64,000 nucleotides of DNA, taken from contig JBBDKV010000013.1 of assembly GCA_040879165.1 (NCBI GenBank), positions 71,967 through 135,966 on the forward strand, in the 5' to 3' direction. Every line of letters starts with the position of its first letter. Within the stretch, counting starts at the first letter, position 1. Positions 49,696 to 59,786 of this stretch are shown in pieces. Source of the DNA: Patescibacteria group bacterium (lineage in GTDB: Bacteria > Patescibacteriota > Microgenomatia > UBA1400 > PJMF01). The position numbers and the translations under genes are program-made. Below the pieces are notes generated by a model. It was not told where the DNA came from. It saw only the letters and a list, made by a program, of their open reading frames with translations, and did no database searches.

Positions 49696-49962
49696 TTATA
49701 ACAGCACAAAAAACAAACCAAGAACGAATAGAGCTACCAGTAAATGTGCAAAACCGACAAAAAATATGATTGGCGAGAAGGAAGTAATGAGCGTATTTTT
49801 CATTATCTGAATTTGTCGAACCACAATCACGGCAAAAACCGAGTAGCAAAGAGCCGTCAAAATAAATAAAAACTTAAAAAGACTAATCAAAATACTACTT
49901 TGATCAATCGCGGGAAAAGCGAACATTGAAGAACCAGTGTCAAGCACAAACTGTAGCAACAT
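49696..49962 (-). CDS. Small hydrophobic membrane protein, hypothetical.
   Basis: 88 aa with three predicted TM helices. It is adjacent to the membrane PH-domain gene. Confidence 0.3.
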   Translation of the reverse strand: MLLQFVLDTGSSMFAFPAIDQSSILISLFKFLFILTALCYSVFAVIVVRQIQIMKNTLITSFSPIIFFVGFAHLLVALFVLGLFFVLL

Positions 49963-50843
49963 TAATTTATTCTCCCTTCAATTTTTTCTCGCTCTTCTTC
50001 TAGAATTAACTCATTGAGCAACTTTGTAACTCGGGCTGGGTGTGGAACATCACGAAAATCAAACTCTCGTTGCTGAGCTGCTGTCTGCACAAAGACCGTC
50101 CCAAAATCAAATAACGACCTAATTGCTCCGCTAGTCACCGCGGTCACATCTTCAATGTTATCTGTTTTTGCTGATGATATATTGCGATAGATCAGTGACA
50201 AAAAGTCCACGTCAATAATGCGCTCATCAGTAATAATATTGACATTAAAAAACCATGATAAAAAGGACTCAATGATAAAACCTGTTAACAACAGATACCA
50301 AATAATCAGTGCGGCAAACTGATACGTTCCAGGCAGGAAGTCGACAAGACCTACTGAGCTGAATAAAATCGGTAAAAAAGCAAATACAATTGATCCCAAA
50401 ATCCATGGAAGCTGGGTCAACGCGTGCTTACGCAGCACTAAAATAACATGCTCATCAAGATGTTGGGTAGCAAAACGAAAATTAATCGGCTTGGGGGAGT
50501 ACGAGGCAAATGGATTGCTTGATGATTTTTCCTGCCGCATCACATCTGAGTACTCATCAACGTTGCGATGCGCTCCATTCCAGCGAGGAGTAGGATCGCC
50601 TGGATGAGTGGTGATTTGCTGTTCCTGACTGTCCTGGCTACTCGGTGCCGAAGCATCCGCTCGCACTGGAACTTGCTCTTGTGATCGGCTTTCTGCCACC
50701 CCCACGCTGGTGGTTTCTTCTTGGCGCTGAGCCCTTCTACCGTGCGAGCGCTTCGTACGAACTCCACGCAAAATTTTGCGCTGATGATTAATAGAGCTAG
50801 GATCTCCTTGTCTCATTGAACTGTCAAAAATCACGTCTGCCAT
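49962..50843 (-). CDS. Membrane-flanked bacterial PH-domain protein (YdbS/YdbT-like, bPH_2).
   Basis: Two TM helices followed by a PH-like domain. The N-terminus is Ser/Gln-rich and low-complexity. Confidence 0.45.
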   Translation of the reverse strand: MADVIFDSSMRQGDPSSINHQRKILRGVRTKRSHGRRAQRQEETTSVGVAESRSQEQVPVRADASAPSSQDSQEQQITTHPGDPTPRWNGAHRNVDEYSDVMRQEKSSSNPFASYSPKPINFRFATQHLDEHVILVLRKHALTQLPWILGSIVFAFLPILFSSVGLVDFLPGTYQFAALIIWYLLLTGFIIESFLSWFFNVNIITDERIIDVDFLSLIYRNISSAKTDNIEDVTAVTSGAIRSLFDFGTVFVQTAAQQREFDFRDVPHPARVTKLLNELILEEEREKIEGRIN

Positions 50844-50940
50844 GCACGTATTATAGCAGCAATACCTGAGGAACGCCTTGATCAATCACAAATCAAGCAT
50901 CTAGCTATTTTTTTCGCACAAAAGGCGTATACTAGTAGCT

Positions 50941-51303
50941 GTGAAAACAGAAGTCATCAAAGCTGCCTTTACCAATATTCTTTTTGTCATTGGTGTAATT
51001 TTGCTAATATTTGGTTTCATCAGTGGCACACAGACCGCTAGTAAAATACTGTTGTTTGAGCAATATCCCCTCAACTCGTATGAAGAGACGCGGTGCGAAA
51101 TGAATGGCGCATACCCATCAACCCCAAGAGGAGACACTACTATCTCGGCAGAGGATGTAGAAGCTCAACGCGAGCGCTGTTATCGCTCACTCGAACAAGA
51201 ACGAACGCTGAAGCAAGTCTCAGATATTGTAACCGCAACAACTACGCTGATTGCGGGATTTGTGCTGGTACTTAGCTTCAAGCGCTTTATTTTCAAATCG
51301 TAA
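50941..51303 (+). CDS. Small hypothetical membrane protein.
   Basis: 120 aa with N- and C-terminal TM helices. Confidence 0.3.
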   Translation: MKTEVIKAAFTNILFVIGVILLIFGFISGTQTASKILLFEQYPLNSYEETRCEMNGAYPSTPRGDTTISAEDVEAQRERCYRSLEQERTLKQVSDIVTATTTLIAGFVLVLSFKRFIFKS

Positions 51304-51304
51304 T

Positions 51305-51395
51305 GTCTTGATGTGGAGTGCCGTATGCTGGAGCCGTATATGCTGGCGCTGTATGTGGAGTGCTCTATGGAGTGCTGTATATGGAGTGCCGCCAA
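51305..51395. repeat. Short imperfect tandem repeat, about six copies of a 12-15-nt TGGAGTGCYGTAT-like unit, in a convergent intergenic region.
   Basis: Direct reading: ...TGGAGTGCCGTATGC TGGAGCCGTATATGC TGGCGCTGTATG TGGAGTGCTCTA TGGAGTGCTGTATA TGGAGTGCCGCC... Confidence 0.6.
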
Positions 51396-51400
51396 GAACA

Positions 51401-53203
51401 TTAACTGCGCTTCAGTAGTGATAAAAAGGTGGCTTGATCAAGCTCGACTTTACCAAATGCTTTCATGCGTTTTTTACCCTTAGCCTGTTTGGCTAGCAGT
51501 TTTTTTCTTCGAGTGACATCGCCGCCATACAGCTTAGCCGTCACATCTTTGCGATACGCAGAAAGAGTTTCGCGGGCCACCACAGTTCCCCCCACCGCCG
51601 CTTGTATCGGCACCACAAACATTTGTCGAGGAATAAGCGTTGCCAATTTTTCCACAATGCGCCGTCCTTCAACGTGCGCTTGCTCCCGAACAGTGATGAA
51701 GCTGAGTGCAGGAACGGGTTCGTGATTGAGTAAAATCGTCACACAAACCGCATCTACCGCTCGATATTCGCCCACCGTGTACTCAAGAGAAGCGAAGCCA
51801 GAAGAAACAGACTTGAGCTGATCATGGAAATCGGTAATTAATTCTGCCAGCGGAATTGTGCACTGTAGCTTGATGGTCATACCAACTTGTTCGGTTTGTT
51901 CAAGCGCACCACGACGTTCTCGAAACAACTGCACTAAAGAACCAACATACGCTCGAGGAGTCAAAATGGTCACTGCAGCAATTGGCTCTTTTACTTCTTC
52001 AATTTCTGACGGATCAGGCATTTCAATTGGCGTGTTAATTTCAAACTGAGTGCCATCCTTTTTAGTAATCTGATATACAACCGAGGGAGCAGTCGCAATT
52101 AAGTCAAGATTAGCCTCACGTTTTAATCGCTCAAGCACAATCTCGGCATGCAGTACCCCAAGAAAGCCAACACGCAGCCCACTGCCCAATGCCTGCGAAT
52201 GTGTACCAATATATTGCAGTGCTGCATCGCGCAAAATGAGTTTAGACATAGCATCCTGCAAATCAGGAAATTCTGCTTGATCTATTGGGTAGAGCTCCAT
52301 AAATACCAACGGCTGTGGTTCCTTAAAACCAGGCAAAGCTTCTACACTTTCCACTGACGACGCTTCGGTTAAGGTATCTCCAACTCGTAAGCCACGAACA
52401 TCTTTCAGACCAGTTACAACATACCCCACCTCGCCAGATCGCAGCTGAGTAGTGGCAGTCATGGCTGGGGTAAAATGACCAATTTCGCTGGTTAGAAAAC
52501 TTGCTTTTCCCGCTACAAAAGCCATTTTTGTTTGTGGTCGAAGCACACCATTTTTTACTCGAACGAGAGCAATAGCTCCCCTATGCATATCGTACAGAGA
52601 AGTAATGAGCAACGACTGCAATTGAGCCGAGTCATCGCCGCCAGGAGCAGGTATTTTTGCCACTACTGCTTCAAGCACGGCATTGATATTTAAGCCAGAT
52701 TTAGCAGACACCGCGATCATGTCTTCATCAGAAAGATTGCACAACTCCATCACCTCAAGCATAGTGCGCTCCACATCCGCAGCTGGCAGATCAATTTTGT
52801 TAATTACCGGGATAATCGTCAAACCAAGATCCTGCGCCTTCTGATAGGTTGAAAGCGTTTGAGCCTGAATGCCTTGTGTGGCATCAACCACTAACAGCGC
52901 GCCTTCACAAGCTGCTAGTGAGCGACTGACTTCATAGCCAAAATCTACATGACCTGGTGTATCAATTAAATTTAACTGGTACGCCTCTCCATCCGCAGCT
53001 GTGTACTGCATACAAACAGGTGCCAGCTTAATGGTAATGCCACGCTCTTTTTCAATAGGATTGCTGTCCATCACTCGCTCAGTAAAATCACGTTCACTAA
53101 CAGTCTTAGTATGACGAAGAAACTGGTCTGTCAGGGATGTCTTACCATGATCGATATGGGCTATGATGGAAAAATTGCGAATGTGTGAATTTGCGGTAGA
53201 CAT
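51401..53203 (-). CDS. lepA: Elongation factor 4 (LepA).
   Basis: NFSIIAHIDHGKTSLTDQ G-domain and the LepA-specific C-terminal domain (…YGGDVTRKKKLL…). Confidence 0.93.
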   Translation of the reverse strand: MSTANSHIRNFSIIAHIDHGKTSLTDQFLRHTKTVSERDFTERVMDSNPIEKERGITIKLAPVCMQYTAADGEAYQLNLIDTPGHVDFGYEVSRSLAACEGALLVVDATQGIQAQTLSTYQKAQDLGLTIIPVINKIDLPAADVERTMLEVMELCNLSDEDMIAVSAKSGLNINAVLEAVVAKIPAPGGDDSAQLQSLLITSLYDMHRGAIALVRVKNGVLRPQTKMAFVAGKASFLTSEIGHFTPAMTATTQLRSGEVGYVVTGLKDVRGLRVGDTLTEASSVESVEALPGFKEPQPLVFMELYPIDQAEFPDLQDAMSKLILRDAALQYIGTHSQALGSGLRVGFLGVLHAEIVLERLKREANLDLIATAPSVVYQITKKDGTQFEINTPIEMPDPSEIEEVKEPIAAVTILTPRAYVGSLVQLFRERRGALEQTEQVGMTIKLQCTIPLAELITDFHDQLKSVSSGFASLEYTVGEYRAVDAVCVTILLNHEPVPALSFITVREQAHVEGRRIVEKLATLIPRQMFVVPIQAAVGGTVVARETLSAYRKDVTAKLYGGDVTRRKKLLAKQAKGKKRMKAFGKVELDQATFLSLLKRS

Positions 53204-53320
53204 AGAAGTTGGCAGCAGGTCTGCTCGCTGCAGTTTTGCACTGAAACACTGATTACTTCTCACAATACTCACAAATACCAGAAGCTCTGAGAAGTGCAAA
53301 AAAGTATAGCCTACTGTTTC

Positions 53321-53560
53321 TTAAGCCTGAGAAGCAAGTTTACTGAGTTGACTCTTGAGTCGAGCTGCGCGATTTTTAGGAATAACATTGCGCTTCACCG
53401 CTCGATCCATCCTACTGTAGGCATGAGCCACAGCATCTTTTGATGGAGTAGCTTTGAGAGTTTGCACAGCTGACTTCACGCGTGATTTAACGCGGGAATT
53501 AATTACTGCTTTTCGCTTACTCACTCTGAGTGCTTTTTTGGCGTTTTGTAATAATGGCAT
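53321..53560 (-). CDS. rpsT: Ribosomal protein S20.
   Basis: MPLLQNAKKALRVSKRKAVINSRVKSRVKSAV... is the typical S20 N-terminus. The ORF-track ORF is longer but the start was set at this Met. Confidence 0.8.
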   Translation of the reverse strand: MPLLQNAKKALRVSKRKAVINSRVKSRVKSAVQTLKATPSKDAVAHAYSRMDRAVKRNVIPKNRAARLKSQLSKLASQA

Positions 53561-53690
53561 AGATGCGATAGTATACCTAAAATTATAGTTTTTATCAAAC
53601 CCAAAAGCCAGTCGCTGACAATTCAACAGAGTGATCAAAGTATCAGTTTCTAGCATTTCAATCAAACCCCGCACCCCGTATAATAGCCCC

Positions 53691-55385
53691 ATGATTGTTG
53701 GCAACCCTATTAAGAATCTTTTTTCTGGCAATATGCAGTGGCTTGAGAACAAGCAGAGCACAATTTTGTCTGCAGCCAGTATTATTTCTGCTGCCACCAT
53801 TGTCTCAGCGCTTTCGGGCATTATTATCAAACGGATCTTGCTTCACAAGTTTTCCGATACTATACAAGCCCAGGAAGCACTTGAGGCTTTTTGGATCGCC
53901 TTTCAAGTTCCTGATCTGCTTTTTCAATTGATCGTAGTGGGTGCATTTTCAGCGGCATTTATTCCAATTTTTACACGAGTAAGAAATAAAAATGAAGCAA
54001 CAGCCTTCAAGATGAGCTCAATTTTGCTCAATATTGTATTGATGGCTTTTGTATTCTTGGGGTGCATTGTTTTTGTGTTTGCCCGAGAAATTACGGAATT
54101 TAGAACAGGCGCTCAAATCACTACTGAGCAGATAGATATCATCGTTAACCTAACCCGTTTAATGCTCTTTGCGCAATTTTTCTTTGCTGTATCAAACTTT
54201 TTTACAGGCATACTGCAATCATACCATCGATTTATCATCCCTGCCCTGGCTTCGATTCTATACAACATTGGCATCTTGATTGGCGTTTATTTTTTCTCAG
54301 AAAGTATGGGCATCTATGCAGCTGGAGCAGGTGTTTTGATTGGCGCGTTCCTGCATATGTTGATTCAAATCCCACTGATTCTCAAGATGGGCTTCAGATA
54401 CCAACCCGCACTCAATTTCAAGTTTGATGGGGTGAGCGACTTCTTTACCCTCATCCCTCCCCGAATGCTCTCTATTGGCGCCTATGAATTTCGCAAGCTA
54501 CTACTGGGCTTCTTCACAACCAGCATCGGCAACCTTAGCTTTTTAGTGATGTACCTAGCTGTAAATCTGATGGTGATTCCTATTCGCTTTTTTGGAACAC
54601 CTATTGGTCAGGCGGCACTTCCATTTTTATCAGAAGAATCAGACAGACATGAATTGAAGCGGTATAAATCCCTGGTAGTACAATCTCTTAATCAAATTGC
54701 TTTTCTAACCTTGCCAGCATCAGTATTATTGCTGCTACTGCGTGTTCCTGTTGTTCGCCTGGTCTATGGTGTAGATAATTTTACTTGGCCATCAACCATT
54801 CTTACCAGCCAGCTCGTTGGCATCATTGCTATCTCAATTACGGTTCAGGCGTTAGTACAACTACTCATCAGAGCATTTTATGCCTTGCGTGACACTCGGA
54901 CACCACTATTGATTACGGTGCTTGATTTTGTTTTTTATTTGGTACTGGGAGCATTTTTCGTCTTTTACCTCAATTGGGGTGTGATCGGCATTGCCGTTGC
55001 CACAACCCTCACAGCATTTTTTGAGTTTGGTTTGTTTATATATTTCCTCCATCGAAAAGTCGTCGACTTGTTCGACCGAGAATTCTGGATTCCGCAGCTT
55101 AAAATTGTTACCGCCAGCTTTATCATGGCGGTACTCACCTATCTACCCTTTAAAATTTTTGACGAGCTGGTGTTTAATACTTCACGGACAATTGAGCTAA
55201 TTGGTCTAACGGTTTCAACTGCTACGATCGGCATGTTGGTCTATGTATACATCGGGGCGCTACTTGAAATTAAAGAACTGCAATTGATTCGCTCCATCTT
55301 CCAGAGATTCAATACTACGGGCAAAAATTTATCAAAAACACCTGAAGTGGTAGTCGAGAACAGTGGTGAAGATAGCAACGTTTAG
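53691..55385 (+). CDS. murJ: Lipid II flippase MurJ (MviN).
   Basis: 14-TM MOP-superfamily pattern; the N-terminal MIVGNPIKNLFSGN... resembles MurJ. Confidence 0.75.
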   Translation: MIVGNPIKNLFSGNMQWLENKQSTILSAASIISAATIVSALSGIIIKRILLHKFSDTIQAQEALEAFWIAFQVPDLLFQLIVVGAFSAAFIPIFTRVRNKNEATAFKMSSILLNIVLMAFVFLGCIVFVFAREITEFRTGAQITTEQIDIIVNLTRLMLFAQFFFAVSNFFTGILQSYHRFIIPALASILYNIGILIGVYFFSESMGIYAAGAGVLIGAFLHMLIQIPLILKMGFRYQPALNFKFDGVSDFFTLIPPRMLSIGAYEFRKLLLGFFTTSIGNLSFLVMYLAVNLMVIPIRFFGTPIGQAALPFLSEESDRHELKRYKSLVVQSLNQIAFLTLPASVLLLLLRVPVVRLVYGVDNFTWPSTILTSQLVGIIAISITVQALVQLLIRAFYALRDTRTPLLITVLDFVFYLVLGAFFVFYLNWGVIGIAVATTLTAFFEFGLFIYFLHRKVVDLFDREFWIPQLKIVTASFIMAVLTYLPFKIFDELVFNTSRTIELIGLTVSTATIGMLVYVYIGALLEIKELQLIRSIFQRFNTTGKNLSKTPEVVVENSGEDSNV

Positions 55386-55528
55386 TACCGACTATCCCTG
55401 ACAATGAGGACGGTATTAAAGATTGAGCAAGATTTTCACCCCAGCTATATAGTATGATGAGTGATACGAAAACATAGTCTTGTAGTACCTAGAGAAAATT
55501 AGGTACAATGTGAGTAGTAGATACTGCC

Positions 55529-56134
55529 ATGTCCAAAAAGCCTGCCACCATTAATATTAATTTGGTTCCTAAGGATCCTTTTTTTCACACTCCATTAGGG
55601 AGAGCCATGCAGTGGGCACTCTCTGCAGGCAGGTATATCGTAATTTTCACTGAATTAATTGTTATCATTTGTTTTGGTGCTCGTTTTGTTCTTGATCAAC
55701 AATTGCACGACCTTAACCGCCAGATTGTTCAGAAGTCTGAAACAATTCGAGGATATGCAGAACTAGAAGCACAGTTTCGAATTGCTCAATCAAAAGTTGA
55801 AAACATACAACAGATTGAGCAAGATATCAACATCACCGACGTCTTTGCCACGCTGACGCAGGTTACCCCATCAGATGTTGTACTCAATCAACTGTCCATT
55901 CGACCCACCAGTATCACCGTTACCGGTCGGAGCTTCTCTCAGTCAGCATTCAACACCTACATCACCAACCTGCAACTTTCACCACAATTTTTCGATATTC
56001 GGGTGAGTCGAGTTGAATCTGGAGAATCACAGTCGCCAGGGATAAACTTCTCCATTCAGGCACAAACCAAAGAGCCAGCACAGCAAACACGCCAACAAAC
56101 ACGAGAGCCAGCAGGCAATCAGGAGTCACTCTAA
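55529..56134 (+). CDS. Type IV pilus assembly protein PilN-like.
   Basis: N-terminal INL(V)P motif (ININLVPKD), one TM helix and a coiled coil. It is followed by PilO-like and PilP-like genes. Confidence 0.55.
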   Translation: MSKKPATININLVPKDPFFHTPLGRAMQWALSAGRYIVIFTELIVIICFGARFVLDQQLHDLNRQIVQKSETIRGYAELEAQFRIAQSKVENIQQIEQDINITDVFATLTQVTPSDVVLNQLSIRPTSITVTGRSFSQSAFNTYITNLQLSPQFFDIRVSRVESGESQSPGINFSIQAQTKEPAQQTRQQTREPAGNQESL

Positions 56135-56142
56135 GGAAATCT

Positions 56143-56745
56143 ATGGCAGATCGCAAAGACTTACAACATTCACTGAGCGAATTTTATTCACGACCAGCTA
56201 CTTTGGTTACGATGGAGCTATTACTCTCAATCGGTTTAGTGATTATTTTAGGAGTCTTTGCCATCCAACCAACCCTCATTACCATGACTGAGCTCAATCG
56301 TGAAATTGAGGAAAAGGAACAACTAAATGTCCAGCTTGAAAATAAAATAGGATCCTTGCAAAGTGCTCAAAGCGTCTACTCGTCAATCGAGAATCGACTT
56401 GACTTGCTCGATGAAGCCATTCCTTCTCAACCAGAGTTAATACGCACCCTTAAAATTGTGGAACTGCTAGCCACAGAAAATGATGTAGTCATTGAGTCTA
56501 TCAATGTTCCTCGAATTCCCAGTGAAGATGTGCCAGACCGCCTGGCTACACTTGAGCGTCAGGCACTACCCATCTCAGTGAGCGTAGTGGGTGATTACAT
56601 CAGTATTCGCGCCTATGTTGAAGAACTGCGCAATAGTAGAAGAAGTTTTGTCATAGATACAGTAACATTTAACTTACGAGAAAATAGGGGCACGCAACGA
56701 CTGTCTGCTTCCGTAACCTTAAACGCACCTTATTTTAGTGAATAA
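56143..56745 (+). CDS. Type IV pilus assembly protein PilO-like.
   Basis: TM helix, coiled coil and a C-terminal ferredoxin-like region, with the gene-order context. Confidence 0.5.
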   Translation: MADRKDLQHSLSEFYSRPATLVTMELLLSIGLVIILGVFAIQPTLITMTELNREIEEKEQLNVQLENKIGSLQSAQSVYSSIENRLDLLDEAIPSQPELIRTLKIVELLATENDVVIESINVPRIPSEDVPDRLATLERQALPISVSVVGDYISIRAYVEELRNSRRSFVIDTVTFNLRENRGTQRLSASVTLNAPYFSE

Positions 56746-56747
56746 TT

Positions 56748-57251
56748 ATGAAACCAATAATACATCAATCACTCAGCGTAGCCAACAAGCGAACAGCTAT
56801 TAGTCAGCTGGAAAAAATTCGCTCAAGTCAAACTGCGTTGTCAATTTTTATCCTCCTGCTTGTCGCGGTGCTGCTCTGGATTGTTGTCACAGTCTTCTCG
56901 TCACATCGCAGCTCACAAATTGAGCCAGATGTTAAAGCGCTGGCAGCACCGCTAAATCCAAATATTGATACCACTGCCCTTGACATGCTTGAAACAAAAC
57001 GAGTTTTTTCTGAAAATGAATTAGAAGACTTTCCAATTTTTGTTATCATTCGTGACGATCAAGCACAATTTGATCAAATTGTTCCACTTGGCACTCAACC
57101 CATACCTGTTGAACAAGCCATTGAGGAAACGCCTAGCACGCCACAGCCTGCCGCTGAAACCCCTACCGCATCTCCAACGACACCTGATGGTGTTGTAGAA
57201 CCTGAGGAGGATGCTGCTGCTGAAACTGAAGCGCCGCCTGCTACTGAATAG
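56748..57251 (+). CDS. PilP-like or hypothetical pilus-assembly accessory protein with a Pro/Thr-rich tail.
   Basis: TM helix plus a small periplasmic domain. The assignment rests on context only. Confidence 0.3.
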   Translation: MKPIIHQSLSVANKRTAISQLEKIRSSQTALSIFILLLVAVLLWIVVTVFSSHRSSQIEPDVKALAAPLNPNIDTTALDMLETKRVFSENELEDFPIFVIIRDDQAQFDQIVPLGTQPIPVEQAIEETPSTPQPAAETPTASPTTPDGVVEPEEDAAAETEAPPATE

Positions 57252-57372
57252 CTCACTTTGTTATAGAAACACTAGGTAGATTCGTCTTTTCTTTGCATTG
57301 CAGCAGAATAGTATTTTGACTACGATATTGTAAGCGGCTACAAGAGGTAGCATGTGGTGTTGGTGATTTGTT

Positions 57373-58971
57373 ATGAATACTCCCATTCCGGGCTCTAATT
57401 CCATCTTAAATAAGCGTATACCAACCATCATTGGATTGATATTGTTGGTGGTTGCTCTTGTGTTGGGAGTTTTCTTTATCAGTGACGGTCTTGGCGTATT
57501 TGCGCCTCGTGCCACACCAGAAACAACCCCTAAAAAAATTAAAGTTACCAACGTAACTGATAGGAGCTTTACTGTTAGCTTTATGACTGATGAAGCAACC
57601 ACCGGTTTTGTACGCTATGGCACGGATCAGTCCAATCTTGATTCCCAACAAACTGACGATCGCAATAGCCTCAGCAGCAGCGTCGATGAGTATGCCCTGC
57701 ATCACATTACTGTTAGAAGCTTGCAGCCGAATACAGTCTATTTTTACATTCTTGGTACTGGAGCGGGAGCTCGATTCGACAATCAAGGTGAGCCATTTCG
57801 GATTATCACCGCGCGCAGAGGTGTCCCAACGGCAAATGTTCGTAGCGTACACGGCTCAGTACGTTCCGATAGTGGTGCTCCAGCACAGGGAGCGGTAATC
57901 TATCTGTCTAGTGAGGGAGTTGGCGAGATGTCAACGGTCGTGCCACAATCTGGAGCCTGGTCAATTCCAATCTCTCAGGCTCGCACGCCAGATGGTTCTG
58001 AGTATGCTAAATTTGAGGATGAGACTAGCATCCAACTCTTTGTTCAAGGACCTTCACCGCAACAAACAGCTCAAGTAACCACAACCGTTGCCCAAGCACA
58101 GCCCCTTCCAACTTTGACCTACGGCCAATCAGGTGCTGTTCAACAAGCCAGTCAAGGACGACAAGCTGACGCAGCTTCTGACAAAGAAACGAGCGCCCAA
58201 TCAACTCAATCTAATGGAAGAACAACATCCGATGATGATTCCGCCGAAGAGTCAGCCACAGCATCCAGCAGCGTGACATCCGAAAGCTCAGACACTGCAA
58301 GTCCAGCTTCAGGATCAGCGCGCTTGCCACTTGATGAGTACCAAGAAAAAACTGTTTTCGATCTCGATGTTGATAGCAATGAAGAAGATCCGCCAACACT
58401 TACCACAGCCACTCCAATTATTAAAGGTACGATTGATTCAGAAGTTGAAGTAAAGATCACTATTAACTCAGAAACAGCCATCGAAGAAATCCTAACCACT
58501 AATCCCGATGGCACCTTTGAAATTGACACTTCAAAATACGAACAGATACTTGAGCCCGGCGAACACACCATCACCCTCGAATTCACCAACCCGCAAACTG
58601 GGCTTGAAGAGGTGGTAACCAGAACATTTTTCATAGAACCTCAATCGACCAGCACGCAACTTGCCCAAGCCCCTCAGGAAGAGGAGGAGGAGCCATTTGG
58701 CACCACGAGCCCATTCCCCCTTGACCAGTCGTCCACACAAAGCGCTGGTATCACAGATGTCACAGCAACAGACTCCGGCACAGCCACTGATTCGGCTCAA
58801 GCAACCGAAAGTGGTCGAACCAGCATGCCCTCTACGGCCAGCGGCATCCCAGTTTCCGGCTCAGTTGGCACAACTCTAGCCCTGATATTTGGCGGACTCT
58901 TTTTCTTGATCTCGGGAACATGGAGTTTCTGGGTGTCTAGAAATTACGCGCAAGAAAACAGTCGCAGATAA
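57373..58971 (+). CDS. Large cell-surface protein with an FN3/PKD-like N-terminal domain, long Ser/Thr/Ala/Gln-rich regions and a C-terminal TM anchor with a basic tail.
   Basis: N-terminal signal-anchor, KVTNVTDRSFTVSF beta-sandwich-like block, and a C-terminal ...GTTLALIFGGLFFLISGTWSFWVSRNYAQENSRR sorting-signal-like end. Confidence 0.45.
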   Translation: MNTPIPGSNSILNKRIPTIIGLILLVVALVLGVFFISDGLGVFAPRATPETTPKKIKVTNVTDRSFTVSFMTDEATTGFVRYGTDQSNLDSQQTDDRNSLSSSVDEYALHHITVRSLQPNTVYFYILGTGAGARFDNQGEPFRIITARRGVPTANVRSVHGSVRSDSGAPAQGAVIYLSSEGVGEMSTVVPQSGAWSIPISQARTPDGSEYAKFEDETSIQLFVQGPSPQQTAQVTTTVAQAQPLPTLTYGQSGAVQQASQGRQADAASDKETSAQSTQSNGRTTSDDDSAEESATASSSVTSESSDTASPASGSARLPLDEYQEKTVFDLDVDSNEEDPPTLTTATPIIKGTIDSEVEVKITINSETAIEEILTTNPDGTFEIDTSKYEQILEPGEHTITLEFTNPQTGLEEVVTRTFFIEPQSTSTQLAQAPQEEEEEPFGTTSPFPLDQSSTQSAGITDVTATDSGTATDSAQATESGRTSMPSTASGIPVSGSVGTTLALIFGGLFFLISGTWSFWVSRNYAQENSRR

Positions 58972-59078
58972 ACACACACAGCAGTTTGCAAGCAAAAGTA
59001 GTCTTGCAAGCAATAGCAAGCCACAAAAATTTCAAATGTGAAGAAAATGAAGTGTCAGTAGGCGCAAAAAAAGCGCTC

Positions 59079-59199
59079 TGTTCTGGCCTCGACCTATCGT
59101 CCCAATCAGTTGCCCGATTAGTATTGTCAGCGCTGGGGCGTTTCAAGACTCTGTTCGGGAAGGGAAGAGTTGGGACCACCCCGCTCCAGAGACCAGAAC
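59079..59199 (-). rRNA. rrf: 5S ribosomal RNA.
   Basis: The reverse complement contains ...GGTGGTCCCAACTCTTCCCTTCCCGAACAGAGTCTTGAAACGCCCCAGCGC... The terminal helix GTTCTGGTCTC/GAGGCCAGAAC pairs. Confidence 0.85.
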
Positions 59200-59608
59200 A
59201 CAACGCTCGTGTTGCTAGCAGACTTGTAGTGAAATAAGAATAATACAGTGATCGCTTCCTTATTTCGCTATAAGTCTAGTATACCGCGTATTCGCGTCGG
59301 TACTATGGTAAGTAGTACGATTGTTAAAGAGTGCGCACACTCGCTAAAAAGTGAAGAAAGTCAAAGGTATCTCAGAATCAAAAAATCCAATACGTATTCA
59401 TTGCTGAATAGATAATGAACTTTTTTCTCCTGGGACACAGTAAAAGCCATGATGTAGCGCTACACGTTATGAAAGCGATAACATCAACCAAATTGTATGT
59501 TCAATCGACACTTAGTACAGTTAAGCTAAACCTGTCACCAGGCTTACACTGACTGCCTATCAACGTGGTAGTCTCCCACGGGTCTAATGGAGATGATTAA
59601 TCTTGAGT

Positions 59609-59643
<35 letters not shown>

Positions 59644-59786
59644 TGTAGAAATGTAGCTACCCTGCACTGCGCTTGACAGCAACAACAGGTACACTAGGGA
59701 TTTCCTCACCCCGGTCCTCTCGTACTAGGGGCAAATTCTCTCAATCATCTAACGCTGACGGCGGATAGAGGCCGACCTGTCTCACG

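Noticed and set aside
58937-59237. Two ORFs overlapping 58937-59237 on both strands.
   Set aside because: They overlap the 5S rRNA gene and are not protein-coding.
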